Below, in pieces: positions 8,154 through 17,585 of a DNA stretch of 28,052 nt. Position 1 is the first letter of the stretch; each line of letters starts with the position of its first letter. A program made the position numbers and the translations under genes. The stretch is from a virus (taxonomy: Duplodnaviria; Heunggongvirae; Uroviricota; Caudoviricetes): IMG/VR virus record IMGVR_UViG_2534682331_000010; one strand, 5' to 3'. The notes under the pieces are model-generated. The model searched no databases, was not told the origin of the DNA, and saw only the letters and a program-made list of their open reading frames with translations.

Positions 8154-10064
8154 TTACTGCTGTGTTGCCTCAGTGGCAAGCAGCGGCCTGATGGCATTCG
8201 CAGCGTTATTCAGCGCTCTTTCATAGGCTGGCGTTCCAGCTTTAGTGTTTGCCAGACGTAAGAGAGCATTCCTTGCTGCTTTGGACTCATACAAGCGCAT
8301 GATTGCACCGAAACCAGCCTCAAGTCCCAGTGATACACCAAGGGTTGCAGTTGCGCCAATCGTTCTAATCCTGTTAGCTTGCGATTGTCCTGTCTGTGTT
8401 ACTACATTTGCGGCGTCCGACCTTGCTGTTTGCTGTAGAACTTCATGAAGAGCATCAAGCTCTTTCATGTGTCTCCCACTGAATATCGTGTTATAGATCT
8501 GACCGTCAGATTGCGACTTCAACTTATTTAACTCGGTAAGAAATTTTGTTGGCGAGTCTCCTGCTTTTTCTGCAATCTTGCTGATATAAGCAGCACGCAT
8601 AGCGTTCTTTCCATCTTCACTAAGAGCTGGCCATATCCTCTTAATATCTGATGGTTTTCTGCTGAATACAACGCTGTTTATTAGCTCTGGAGTAAACTCT
8701 TTTTTAGCTTTGTTGAGATTATTCGCAATCCTTTTATTAAGAACCTTATTGAAGACGTTGGAGTAGTCAGAGTTTGCTTTGACGTATCTGGCGGCCTCTC
8801 CAGCCCCCAAATACCGCGCTGCGTTATTCCTCAAATCCGCCCCCATTGCCCTCTCCACGGCATCAGTTGCGGCTTTCGCGCTATTAGGAAAAACCATGGC
8901 ATCTCCCTGAATACTTTCCCTCAAGGCTGACCGCAACTCTCTCAATAGACCAAAATCTATATCTGGTTTAGCAAGTTCTTCTCGCAAATCGGATAACCCG
9001 CGAATCAAATCCTTATTTGCCACTTTCCCAAGCCTATTAGCTCTGGTAAGTACGTTGTCGATAACCTTAATAGATTTTGATGTGTCAACTGGTGTGTCTC
9101 CCATTTTGGCTGTAATGTCTTCAATAACGCTTCCGGCCGAATCCTTCCTTGACTTCAGAGAGCCATACAGATCGTCAACAACAACTGATGGGCTATATTC
9201 ACCATATTTCTCAAGCTGTTTTTTAACTAGCTGACTTCTTTTTGCATACTGCTCAGCTCGCTTTGAGCCTGTTCCCAGCAAAGCCCCCTCAGCATCCTGA
9301 GTAAGACCACGAGTGAAAGCATTTTTCGGCGGGATTACATCAGATGTCATTGGTGTCACGCCCATCGATTCTGATGTGGCAATTTTCTTCGCCACTTCTG
9401 GTGCAATATCACCTTTAAAGGCAGTTATTCCACGCTCAAGCCCTTTTGCAACAGTATTAACAGCACCACCTGTTAGCATGCCAACACCTATATCTGTTGC
9501 CAGTTTTCCCGCATCATTTTTCTCACTGTTTGCGGCGAGCGATCCGACTGCGTTTTCTGCCAGAAGACGGGCTGCGCCTTGAGTAATTCGACCAGCAAGT
9601 GTTGGCGCCTGAGTTGAAGCGCCGCCAACGCCAACAGTAGCCAGGTAAGGCAATGCCTCCGCAAACACCCTACCTTCTGTCGTTTGTGGAGTCAGAGCAC
9701 CTTGCTGAAGTCCAAACGCCTGCTCTAATCCCTTAGTTGTTACTCGTGGCGCTGGTTGATATGTTCCATCGCCAATACCGAGTTTACCGCCAGCCCATGC
9801 CGCCGCGCTTGTTACAGCATCGGCAACTGATGCTGGTATATTTGCCACATTTACACCAGCCTGCACCAGTCCGCGACCAGTTTCTTTTACTGCTTCGCCG
9901 AGGTCAGACATAAATCCATCTTGCTGTTCTACAGGCTGCTTTTGGTTTTGAGTTGGTTGATTACTGGAGGACAGAATCTGAGCGATGCGACGTGCTCCCT
10001 CAGTATCACCAGCAGCATCAGCATTCCTTAACGCCGTCATCAATTGTTCACGACTATAGGCCAT
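8154..10064 (-). CDS. Ejection (internal virion) protein, P22 gp16-like
   Basis: 636 aa, Ala/Gly-rich; last of the three ejection genes in P22 order. Assigned by synteny and size. Confidence 0.75.
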   Translation of the reverse strand: MAYSREQLMTALRNADAAGDTEGARRIAQILSSSNQPTQNQKQPVEQQDGFMSDLGEAVKETGRGLVQAGVNVANIPASVADAVTSAAAWAGGKLGIGDGTYQPAPRVTTKGLEQAFGLQQGALTPQTTEGRVFAEALPYLATVGVGGASTQAPTLAGRITQGAARLLAENAVGSLAANSEKNDAGKLATDIGVGMLTGGAVNTVAKGLERGITAFKGDIAPEVAKKIATSESMGVTPMTSDVIPPKNAFTRGLTQDAEGALLGTGSKRAEQYAKRSQLVKKQLEKYGEYSPSVVVDDLYGSLKSRKDSAGSVIEDITAKMGDTPVDTSKSIKVIDNVLTRANRLGKVANKDLIRGLSDLREELAKPDIDFGLLRELRSALRESIQGDAMVFPNSAKAATDAVERAMGADLRNNAARYLGAGEAARYVKANSDYSNVFNKVLNKRIANNLNKAKKEFTPELINSVVFSRKPSDIKRIWPALSEDGKNAMRAAYISKIAEKAGDSPTKFLTELNKLKSQSDGQIYNTIFSGRHMKELDALHEVLQQTARSDAANVVTQTGQSQANRIRTIGATATLGVSLGLEAGFGAIMRLYESKAARNALLRLANTKAGTPAYERALNNAANAIRPLLATEATQQ

Positions 10065-11350
10065 TACTGCCCTCCGAGATATTTGCTAATTAATTCGTCA
10101 TCGGACAATTGCTGTTGAGGTTGGCTATCTCCATAACTTGAGGAAAGAAAACGTTTTGCCGCAGAGTTCAATGATTCACCCTTCTTAACATCCATCCCCA
10201 TGATGTTTCGGTTGCGATCAGATTGTCCTGGGCTGCCGTTTGCACTCATCCACTCTGACCTAAACTCGTTGAACTTCGCGTTATTACTTTCCATTTTTGC
10301 CATACCCCTTAACCATCGAGCCATGACCATTGGATTATCCGTTTCGCTTGGAATGCCTTTCCTTGCAAACTCAATATCCTTATCTGATGCAGGGCCGGGA
10401 GGGAGAAGCTTGGTTGCCTGCGCATTGGCTAGTTGGTTGAATCTAATCCGCATATCTCGGAGGTAGTTATCTTGCCCCGTAAGCTTAGAGAACATATTTT
10501 CAGCGTTACCGAACAAACCAGGAGTTGGCTTCTCCCTCTCCAGCGTGTCAGCGAGCGTTGTCATTGAATCGGCAGCATTACGACTAGCTGCCGCATCACC
10601 TGCTGATTTTTCTATAGCCTTTTCCATGTTCACTGATAATTTTGGCGCAGCATTAATAAGTTCCTCGGCCTTTTTTTGTGCCTGTTGTACTTCAAAACCG
10701 AATTTCTGCTTATCAAGTGCCAGTCTTTCTGCTGCAAGTCCGTGTCCGGTCATTGCAGACTGATAGGAAAGGTTTTGCCCTCTCGCCTGAAGTGCTTCTC
10801 CAGCCTGATTGCTGCGGATTGTCTCATTAAGCTGATCGCGTTGATGCTGCACATCAAACTGTTTATCCATAGGAAGAGTGGCAAGACGGCTCGCATTTAA
10901 CAGGCTATTAAACCTTGCTGGATCCTGTTGATAAAGCTGCCATGCATCATCCTTACTCACACCAAGACTTGATAATGCAGCGCTGTTGCTATTCAGAGCA
11001 TTTGCAATTTCATTTGGATTTCCTGTAGATGCAGCAATTGATATTTTATTTAAAGCTGAATTAACAAATGCTGAATGCTCAGCACTCTGAATACCTAACT
11101 CCTGTTGTATAGCCTGAGTAAACTCAGGGAATTTTCGACGCAGAGAAGCTATTTGTTCAGGAGGCGTTTCATTCATAGCTTTATAGAATTCCTGCTGTCT
11201 GGCATCCTGTCGAATAGCCCGCTGGTTATCTATTCCCTGCGCTATACCTTGCTGTGTTGTGGCAAAGGTTTGAGCTTCTTTCAATCCTTCCAGTCTGAAG
11301 TCAGGAACTAATGACATCAGATTTAATGGGCTGCCAATACTATAAGCCAT
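10064..11350 (-). CDS. Ejection protein, P22 gp20-like
   Basis: 428 aa; synteny and size; overlapping start/stop with neighbours. Confidence 0.75.
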   Translation of the reverse strand: MAYSIGSPLNLMSLVPDFRLEGLKEAQTFATTQQGIAQGIDNQRAIRQDARQQEFYKAMNETPPEQIASLRRKFPEFTQAIQQELGIQSAEHSAFVNSALNKISIAASTGNPNEIANALNSNSAALSSLGVSKDDAWQLYQQDPARFNSLLNASRLATLPMDKQFDVQHQRDQLNETIRSNQAGEALQARGQNLSYQSAMTGHGLAAERLALDKQKFGFEVQQAQKKAEELINAAPKLSVNMEKAIEKSAGDAAASRNAADSMTTLADTLEREKPTPGLFGNAENMFSKLTGQDNYLRDMRIRFNQLANAQATKLLPPGPASDKDIEFARKGIPSETDNPMVMARWLRGMAKMESNNAKFNEFRSEWMSANGSPGQSDRNRNIMGMDVKKGESLNSAAKRFLSSSYGDSQPQQQLSDDELISKYLGGQ

Positions 11351-12012
11351 CAGAATAATCCTCCTAAAAATCCACCAAACATGTTAGTGAAAGAGTTAAC
11401 ATCCTGAGATGCACCATTACCTAATGATGAGTTAGCACTGGCTGCCGTCTGCCATGGTAAGGCTTTTTGCGCCCCCCTGATTTGCCCTGATTCACCTATA
11501 AGTGACGTTAAAACATTTGAATTATTTGCCGATGCCGCACTACCCATACCAGCAGCAGTTAACCCAACATTCGTTAACCCCATTAACTGGTTATACATAT
11601 CCTGCTGCTCTGCTGTCTTCATGGAAAGATATTGCTGGCCTAATTGAGGGGCAATAGAAGCCAGCATATTTCCAGTAGCCGTTGACCCAAGCCCGCCTGT
11701 AGCTTCAGCAGATGCAAGCCCACTATAACGAGCCTGATCATTTAGGAGTTTGAATTCTTGCGAATTAAAGTAGTCGCCTAATAATTTATTTCGATCAATA
11801 GGAATGCCAGCAAGCTTTTGCAAACGCGGTAAAGCTGATTCGCCAACTTCACGATAAGGTTTTCCAAACGCTATCTGCTGCTGATACATTTGCTCCTGAA
11901 GGTTTTGCTGCCTGTCATTAGCTTTTTTGTACTCTTTGCTCGCAGAATTGGCACCTATTCCACCAAGTATCCCGCTGGCAGCATTTGTTACACCTTTAAT
12001 TGCTCCGCCCAT
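11350..12012 (-). CDS. Ejection protein, P22 gp7-like
   Basis: Start taken at the internal ATG at 12012 (GGGGGA SD, 5-nt spacing), giving 220 aa. The upstream ATG at 12063 would overlap the gp14-like gene by 68 nt. Confidence 0.75.
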   Translation of the reverse strand: MGGAIKGVTNAASGILGGIGANSASKEYKKANDRQQNLQEQMYQQQIAFGKPYREVGESALPRLQKLAGIPIDRNKLLGDYFNSQEFKLLNDQARYSGLASAEATGGLGSTATGNMLASIAPQLGQQYLSMKTAEQQDMYNQLMGLTNVGLTAAGMGSAASANNSNVLTSLIGESGQIRGAQKALPWQTAASANSSLGNGASQDVNSFTNMFGGFLGGLF

Positions 12013-12385
12013 GATATTCCCCCGGATCACGCCACATAATAAAAAAGGCGCTTTCGCGCCCATCTACAGTCTTTAGGGTTTGTAACGTTCGCTCACCAAA
12101 TCCCATTCTCCTGGCATAGTTGCATACTCTTGGCCTGTCGCTGATTATTACCGCCCGCAATTTATGGTGGCCAAACATTTTAAGAATTGATTCACCAGCT
12201 TTTCTGCACTCACTCCATCTTCGTTTATCCATTGCAACATGGATGTCATAGAAGCCTGATTGTTTCACCATGGCAAATACGCAACACCCATCCCACAAAT
12301 AATAGTTAGCCCCCGGATCAATCCACGAGCTAACCCCCCACAATCTCATTAATTGTGAGCCAGTAATAGCGTCTATGTTTGTCAT
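11996..12385 (-). CDS. Head assembly/DNA stabilisation protein, P22 gp14-like
   Basis: 129 aa; position between the tail needle and gp7 genes as in P22. Confidence 0.75.
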   Translation of the reverse strand: MTNIDAITGSQLMRLWGVSSWIDPGANYYLWDGCCVFAMVKQSGFYDIHVAMDKRRWSECRKAGESILKMFGHHKLRAVIISDRPRVCNYARRMGFGERTLQTLKTVDGRESAFFIMWRDPGEYHGRSN

Positions 12386-13230
12386 TGTTCCGCAATGATT
12401 TTGATGGTTGTAGCAGTAAACGCCGCACCATTTGACTGAATGGTTAACGTGCTGCCATTTGTGGCAAGAAAGCCGTCTTTATCCACGCTGAAGAACGTAG
12501 CTAACAGGATGTTGTCGGTTGTTGTCGCCGCATTACGACTGCTGACCAACGTGTCAGGAACAGAGCCGGAAAAGGTTAGCTGCATTGACCTGTTGGCGGT
12601 TCCGCTGGGCCACGTCCCGACGATCGACAGCTTGAAGAACAAGGTTTTGTTCTCGTTGAACACAACCATCTTGTTGTTAACGGTGTCGAAGAATGGTGCC
12701 AACGAGCCTGATGACGGCGTGAGCGTTTTCAGCAGGCTAACAAGGTTGGTCGGCGCTGTCGGGATGGTTACAGATACGCCAGAGTAAACAACCTCTGACT
12801 TCTTGCGAGTAGTGGCATACTCCAGGGCATCGATGCGCGTTTCATGGTCTGAAACCTGCGACTCCAGCGACTGAACTCTGGTATCAAGCGACGCAATATC
12901 GCTTTCATTCTGAGTGATTCGCGTTTCATGTTCCTGAAGAGTTGATTCTGCCTGGCTGATTCGCTCCTCATGATTAACAAGCGTTGCTTCCGCAGCAGAA
13001 ATTCGCTGCTCATGGTCAGCGAGAATCACATCCTGCTCATCGTTCCTGACCTGTGCATCATAAGCGCCCTGTCCGGCCTCGTTGGCCTTGTTAGCCACGT
13101 TACCAACATCAGTACCCTGTGCGATAACGTAAAGCAGATACGACTGCGAAAAGATATTGCGTGGAAGGACTGATGTGTCGAGCCGTGTAGCCTGAATGAT
13201 TACCGGCACATTGAGATTCGAATCCGCCAT
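12382..13230 (-). CDS. Tail needle protein (P22 gp26 family) with an extended C-terminal domain
   Basis: N-terminus [43 protein letters not shown]...NDEQDV matches the P22 gp26 N-terminus as I recall it, followed by heptad coiled coil. 282 aa versus 233 in P22, consistent with an Sf6-type knob. Confidence 0.9.
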   Translation of the reverse strand: MADSNLNVPVIIQATRLDTSVLPRNIFSQSYLLYVIAQGTDVGNVANKANEAGQGAYDAQVRNDEQDVILADHEQRISAAEATLVNHEERISQAESTLQEHETRITQNESDIASLDTRVQSLESQVSDHETRIDALEYATTRKKSEVVYSGVSVTIPTAPTNLVSLLKTLTPSSGSLAPFFDTVNNKMVVFNENKTLFFKLSIVGTWPSGTANRSMQLTFSGSVPDTLVSSRNAATTTDNILLATFFSVDKDGFLATNGSTLTIQSNGAAFTATTIKIIAEQ

Positions 13231-14648
13231 TACTCAATCCTTATCTTAGCGCCAGACAGAGTGACAGGTGACTTCGTGATAACGCGCAATTTGAAGCCGA
13301 CATTTTTCCTGATGCGCCCGACTCGCTTCCACAAAACGCGTTTGTCGTAAACGAACGGTTCATTCTGCTCAATCATCTGCTCACGCCCGTAATTTATGCC
13401 GTCAGTGGTTGCAGAGAGGAACAGGCGGTCGGCGTACTGCGCAACGCCAGTTGACGATTCAACTTCAAGGTCGAAAACTCTGGCGTTATCCGCTTTGAAC
13501 AACGGAGTAAACAGCAGGTGTTCCTGTTGCTTGTCGTACTGGCTGCTGATGTCGAATTGCAATTTCCCGGTCACGGACTCCAGTTTATCGCCGCACGTTA
13601 TCTGATTTCCTTCGTAAATGAAGTCGATAGCGCGGTACACATCGTCATACAGGCCTGTTTTCAGCACACACCATTGCGGACCATTGGCGCTTGAAGATGC
13701 GTCGTACACGAGAACATGGCGCGGAAGGTGGATAATCAGCAACTCATGAGCATCAAATCGCAGAGACTCCATCACGCCATCAGCCAGTTCATCAGCAGTG
13801 TAGGAGCGGAGGATTTTCTCAATGCTCGCGCTGGCGATTGGTGATACCTGACCGGAGCCGATGATGTAAACAGACGGCGCACCTGTTGCCGGATTGCTGA
13901 TGAATGCATAAGAATCAGCAAACGGCGTTTTGCAGTAAGTCCCGGCGATGCCTTTTTGCACCATCAGTGATGGCTGTGCGACATACAAAGCGGCACCAAC
14001 GGTGGTTGCACCAGTCAGGGAAAAATACTCAATCGTCGATGAACCAAAGCAGACGATGAAGTCTCTCCATGTTCCGATGCCAATGATGCCGTCAGGCTGA
14101 GACTCGGCACGATATTGTGCGCTGTAACGGTCAGGATGCGATTCGTCTTCAAGATCAGTGATAAACCATGAATCAGTGCCGTCTTTTGACCACGCATAAC
14201 GCCCACGTAAGCGCGTAATGTCACGAACCGAACCTAACTCATACTGAGTGAATCCGCTGTCTGTAGGCCAGTTTGAGACGGTTTTAACCGTGCCATCATA
14301 GCGATACTCGACCAGTTGACCATTAACGCCTACCGCCTGAGATGTTCGACCATGCGCCATTGATACGCGACCACTTCCGGCAACATCACCGACCTCGCTT
14401 TCTCCTTTGTACAGCTTGCCGCCACACACACGATAGACAGCATTCTGCGCCATGTTGTACTCGACGCCGCGCGATACACCGTTCACATCAGAGCGTTTGG
14501 CAATGCCCGGGAATGAGCGAAGATATCCGCTGCTGTTCAGGATTTCTTTGGGTGTAGCCAGCATATTCACTGGCAGATAGTCGATATAGTCGGCGTTTCG
14601 AAAGTCTTTGCCGACACCTTTCATAAGCGGAAGTTGCTGAATCGGCAT
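13230..14648 (-). CDS. Head completion / tail hub protein, P22 gp10-like
   Basis: 472 aa, the same length as P22 gp10; position between gp4 and gp26 genes. Confidence 0.85.
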   Translation of the reverse strand: MPIQQLPLMKGVGKDFRNADYIDYLPVNMLATPKEILNSSGYLRSFPGIAKRSDVNGVSRGVEYNMAQNAVYRVCGGKLYKGESEVGDVAGSGRVSMAHGRTSQAVGVNGQLVEYRYDGTVKTVSNWPTDSGFTQYELGSVRDITRLRGRYAWSKDGTDSWFITDLEDESHPDRYSAQYRAESQPDGIIGIGTWRDFIVCFGSSTIEYFSLTGATTVGAALYVAQPSLMVQKGIAGTYCKTPFADSYAFISNPATGAPSVYIIGSGQVSPIASASIEKILRSYTADELADGVMESLRFDAHELLIIHLPRHVLVYDASSSANGPQWCVLKTGLYDDVYRAIDFIYEGNQITCGDKLESVTGKLQFDISSQYDKQQEHLLFTPLFKADNARVFDLEVESSTGVAQYADRLFLSATTDGINYGREQMIEQNEPFVYDKRVLWKRVGRIRKNVGFKLRVITKSPVTLSGAKIRIE

Positions 14649-14657
14649 TTATTCACC

Positions 14658-15119
14658 TCACGTACTCGGATCATCTTTCTCGATGTAAAACCGATTCCAC
14701 GTAAACGCGCTTTTGTTACCACTACCGCGAGGCATGTCATTTCGCCGCTCAAGTGGTGGTATTTTGGTTAAAGCGATGCAAATTGTCTGGTATGCACTGT
14801 CAGCAGCGGTAAGGAGAGCGTCTGACGGCTGAATGACGTTATCCATGCACACTTGCACAGCGAGTTTCAAGGCGACGCCATCATTTGCCCATGCAGGGAT
14901 ACCTGAATCATCGTCAGGTAACGGCATGATGCCGTTTTCTGTATCAGCAAACTGATATCCAAGCTCGATACCTTTAGCCTGCCATGCTGCCATCATGTCT
15001 TCGAGGTCATTAATGGCATCTTCAATTGCCTGAGGGTCAGCATCTGTCAACGTGGCATTGGAATACAGCCCGGCTTTTCGTAAAGCCTTAAGAACGAGAT
15101 CACCCTTCGTTTTCGCCAT
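14658..15119 (-). CDS. Head completion protein, P22 gp4-like
   Basis: 153 aa; synteny and size. Confidence 0.8.
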   Translation of the reverse strand: MAKTKGDLVLKALRKAGLYSNATLTDADPQAIEDAINDLEDMMAAWQAKGIELGYQFADTENGIMPLPDDDSGIPAWANDGVALKLAVQVCMDNVIQPSDALLTAADSAYQTICIALTKIPPLERRNDMPRGSGNKSAFTWNRFYIEKDDPST

Positions 15120-15288
15120 CTTCTTCCGCCTTAGCCACTTTATGCTTCGTTGCGGTTTCTTCAGGAGTTTTTACCCAGCCTTTTTTCAGGTGAGATTTAA
15201 CTTCTTCGTCATCAACAATGATGTAATCGACAGCAAACTGACCACAGGTGATCATGTTGCCCGGCTTATAGAGCATTGTTCGTGCCAT
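15100..15288 (-). CDS. Small hypothetical protein between coat and gp4 genes
   Basis: 62 aa from the ATG at 15288 (MARTMLYKPGNMITCGQFAVDYIIVDDEEV...), preceded by GGAGAAG and lying just downstream of the coat-gene hairpin. Confidence 0.5.
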   Translation of the reverse strand: MARTMLYKPGNMITCGQFAVDYIIVDDEEVKSHLKKGWVKTPEETATKHKVAKAEEDGENEG

Positions 15289-15302
15289 TGTCTTCTCCCA
15301 AT

Positions 15303-15323
15303 AAAAATGGGGCCGAAGCCCCA
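15303..15323 (-). terminator. Hairpin with U-run immediately 3' of the coat gene (partial terminator or attenuator)
   Basis: Minus strand GGUGGGGC-UUCG-GCCCCA followed by UUUUUAUU, beginning within the coat stop codon. Confidence 0.5.
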
Positions 15324-15329
15324 CCAAAA

Positions 15330-16583
15330 TTACTGCCCGGCAATAACGATGCCCGTATATTCAGGAACAAGTACAGAGCAACCGTACAGAGTGGTGAAAC
15401 GAGCAGTGGTTACGCCTTTGATGTGGTCGAAGGCATAAGACATGATCAGCGTAGCGCCCTGCTCAGTGGTTGCTGTCATTACCTGTGGACCCTGACCAGT
15501 CGGGAACGCCAGTTTGCCGTACATCAGTTCAACAGAACCATCAGCCCAGAACAGGTTAGCCGGTGCGGCATTTTTGTTGAGAATGGTGATTGCTGCGCTA
15601 CTTGCCGCATTAGCATCAACGTTTGCATATGGACGGCTGGCGACATCCGCGTTGTCAGGCGGCAGAATTTTCGGGGAGATAGTTACTGTCGTTCCGCTAA
15701 CTGCCAGAACGCGGAATACCTGCGGCTGCCCGGTGGTATCTTTGGTGATCTGGTGTACAGAATTCACCCCTGCGATGGTAAACGCATCGCCAACCTGCAA
15801 ACCTTCAGCAGATACCGTAATGGTCCCCTGTCGGTTATCCACTGGCATATCGTTAGCATCTTTCGCTTCAACCTTGTGCGCAGGTGCTGCTGCCAGAGTA
15901 ATGGAAGTTGCTGTACCCTTCGGAACACGACCAGAAATATCGGTCTTGTAGCTATCGAAGGACGCAACCGGAGGGATTTGCGCTTTTTCGTATGCTGTCA
16001 GGGTTGCGCCCTGAGCATAGGCACGGTGACCAAGCTCGCCAGCAAGGTCTTTGTAGTTGAAGGGGTTCCAGAAAGAGCGACGGTTGATACCCTGAGGTAC
16101 ACCAATCGCCGTCATGGTGGCATCAATACCTGCCGCACAGTTCCACAAATCACGGCCCTGTGAACCTGTGGTTGAGTCAGCCATCGTGATCACGTTAGTA
16201 GCACGCTGCGTAACCATGGAAATCAGGTCAGAGTCAATCTGTGCAGCAAGGCGCATACCTGCGGCGCGACCAGCTTCAGTTTTATGTTCCGGGTCACGCA
16301 TTTCACGCGCATCCAGAGTGTACAGAATGTTTTTCGGCTCCTTGAACACAGAAGGAACAAGGCGCTGAACCAGTGCTGTTGGCGTTTTGCCGCTGAGGTC
16401 TAGGCCTTCCTCAATGTTCATGTGGTAATGCTGCGGACGATACAGAACATCACCTGCTCGCTGCATTGCTGTATCACCGGGACGGAATTTTTTAGCGTTA
16501 CGGGAAACTACGCAGGCGGCCTCAAAGCCTTCAACGTAGTTTTCGAACATGATTTCAAGGTCTTTTGCTAATTGGTTAGCCAT
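15330..16583 (-). CDS. Major capsid (coat) protein, P22 gp5 family
   Basis: 417 aa; position after scaffold and before head-completion genes; size close to P22/Sf6 coat proteins. Confidence 0.88.
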   Translation of the reverse strand: MANQLAKDLEIMFENYVEGFEAACVVSRNAKKFRPGDTAMQRAGDVLYRPQHYHMNIEEGLDLSGKTPTALVQRLVPSVFKEPKNILYTLDAREMRDPEHKTEAGRAAGMRLAAQIDSDLISMVTQRATNVITMADSTTGSQGRDLWNCAAGIDATMTAIGVPQGINRRSFWNPFNYKDLAGELGHRAYAQGATLTAYEKAQIPPVASFDSYKTDISGRVPKGTATSITLAAAPAHKVEAKDANDMPVDNRQGTITVSAEGLQVGDAFTIAGVNSVHQITKDTTGQPQVFRVLAVSGTTVTISPKILPPDNADVASRPYANVDANAASSAAITILNKNAAPANLFWADGSVELMYGKLAFPTGQGPQVMTATTEQGATLIMSYAFDHIKGVTTARFTTLYGCSVLVPEYTGIVIAGQ

Positions 16584-16601
16584 GCTTAATGCTCCGATAG
16601 G

Positions 16602-17495
16602 TTATTTTTTTGCCTTTTTAGCGGCGAAATACGGCGTCCAGTCACCAGTTTCCAGCGCCTTGGCTTTCAGTTTGTCGAGGTTGTTGATTACTGCGCCGTT
16701 GCTCCCCTTAACTGTCGGGGTTGTGGCTGCCGTGGTTTTTGCTTTTGGCATGATTCTGGCCTTCGATTCGATACGTTCCAGCAGACGACCAATTGCTACG
16801 GGGTTGGTAGCTTCTGCCAGTTGCTTGCGCAGTTCAGCGTTGCGACCGAGTGCCAGAACAACGATTTCCGGCTTCTCTGACTCAAACAAGATCGCGTTTT
16901 GTGTCTCGATGGGGATTTCCTCGAGTACGGCCTGCTCAGCTTCCTGATAGCCAGGAACTTTGAGAGCCTTAACACGTTGCTGATATTTGGATAATCGCTC
17001 TTGATAGGCAGCCTGAAGCTCCTGCTCCTTCTGCTTGCGAGCCATCTCCTGTTGCTGGTACTTGCCGTTATCCTCTGCCCACTTAGCCATGCGTTGCTGG
17101 TAGATTTCTTCATCGAAACCGATGTCCTCATCATCCAGTTTTGGCATTCGCGGTGGTTGAGTGATTACCGGCTGCTGCTCGACGGGTTTCTGAGACTGAC
17201 GCATCAGCTCTTTCAGCTCACGGTCTTTCTCTTTAATCGTCTTGCGCAGGTGTTTTACCAGTCCATGCTCTGCGCCATCTTCGCTGGTTGGCGAATCCAG
17301 CTTTTCGTCACCAAAGTAGAATTCCTGTTCTGATTCGTCGTCATCAGTTTCAGTAGCTTCCTCTGCATCATTGCCGGAGGACTCACTGCCATCTTCTGTT
17401 TCGACTTCTTCAGCCAGTTCGACATCATCAGGAATCTGCTCTGACGCGTCGGTTTCGATTTCAACTTCTGGTGTGTTTTCTGCCATCTGGTCCAT
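16602..17495 (-). CDS. Scaffolding protein, P22 gp8-like
   Basis: 297 aa, highly acidic N-terminus and charged helical body; between portal and coat genes. Confidence 0.85.
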   Translation of the reverse strand: MDQMAENTPEVEIETDASEQIPDDVELAEEVETEDGSESSGNDAEEATETDDDESEQEFYFGDEKLDSPTSEDGAEHGLVKHLRKTIKEKDRELKELMRQSQKPVEQQPVITQPPRMPKLDDEDIGFDEEIYQQRMAKWAEDNGKYQQQEMARKQKEQELQAAYQERLSKYQQRVKALKVPGYQEAEQAVLEEIPIETQNAILFESEKPEIVVLALGRNAELRKQLAEATNPVAIGRLLERIESKARIMPKAKTTAATTPTVKGSNGAVINNLDKLKAKALETGDWTPYFAAKKAKK

Positions 17496-17585
17496 TTGTT
17501 ACCCCTGTTTACTCGATGTTCAGCCCATCGGAAGGCAATAGGGTGCCAGGCCTCATAAAGACAGCCATTGCACGTTATGGGTTAA

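Noticed and set aside
15276..16163. 295-aa plus-strand ORF
   Set aside because: Lies entirely antisense within the coat gene, is Cys/Arg-rich with no start context; judged a shadow ORF of a GC-biased coding region.
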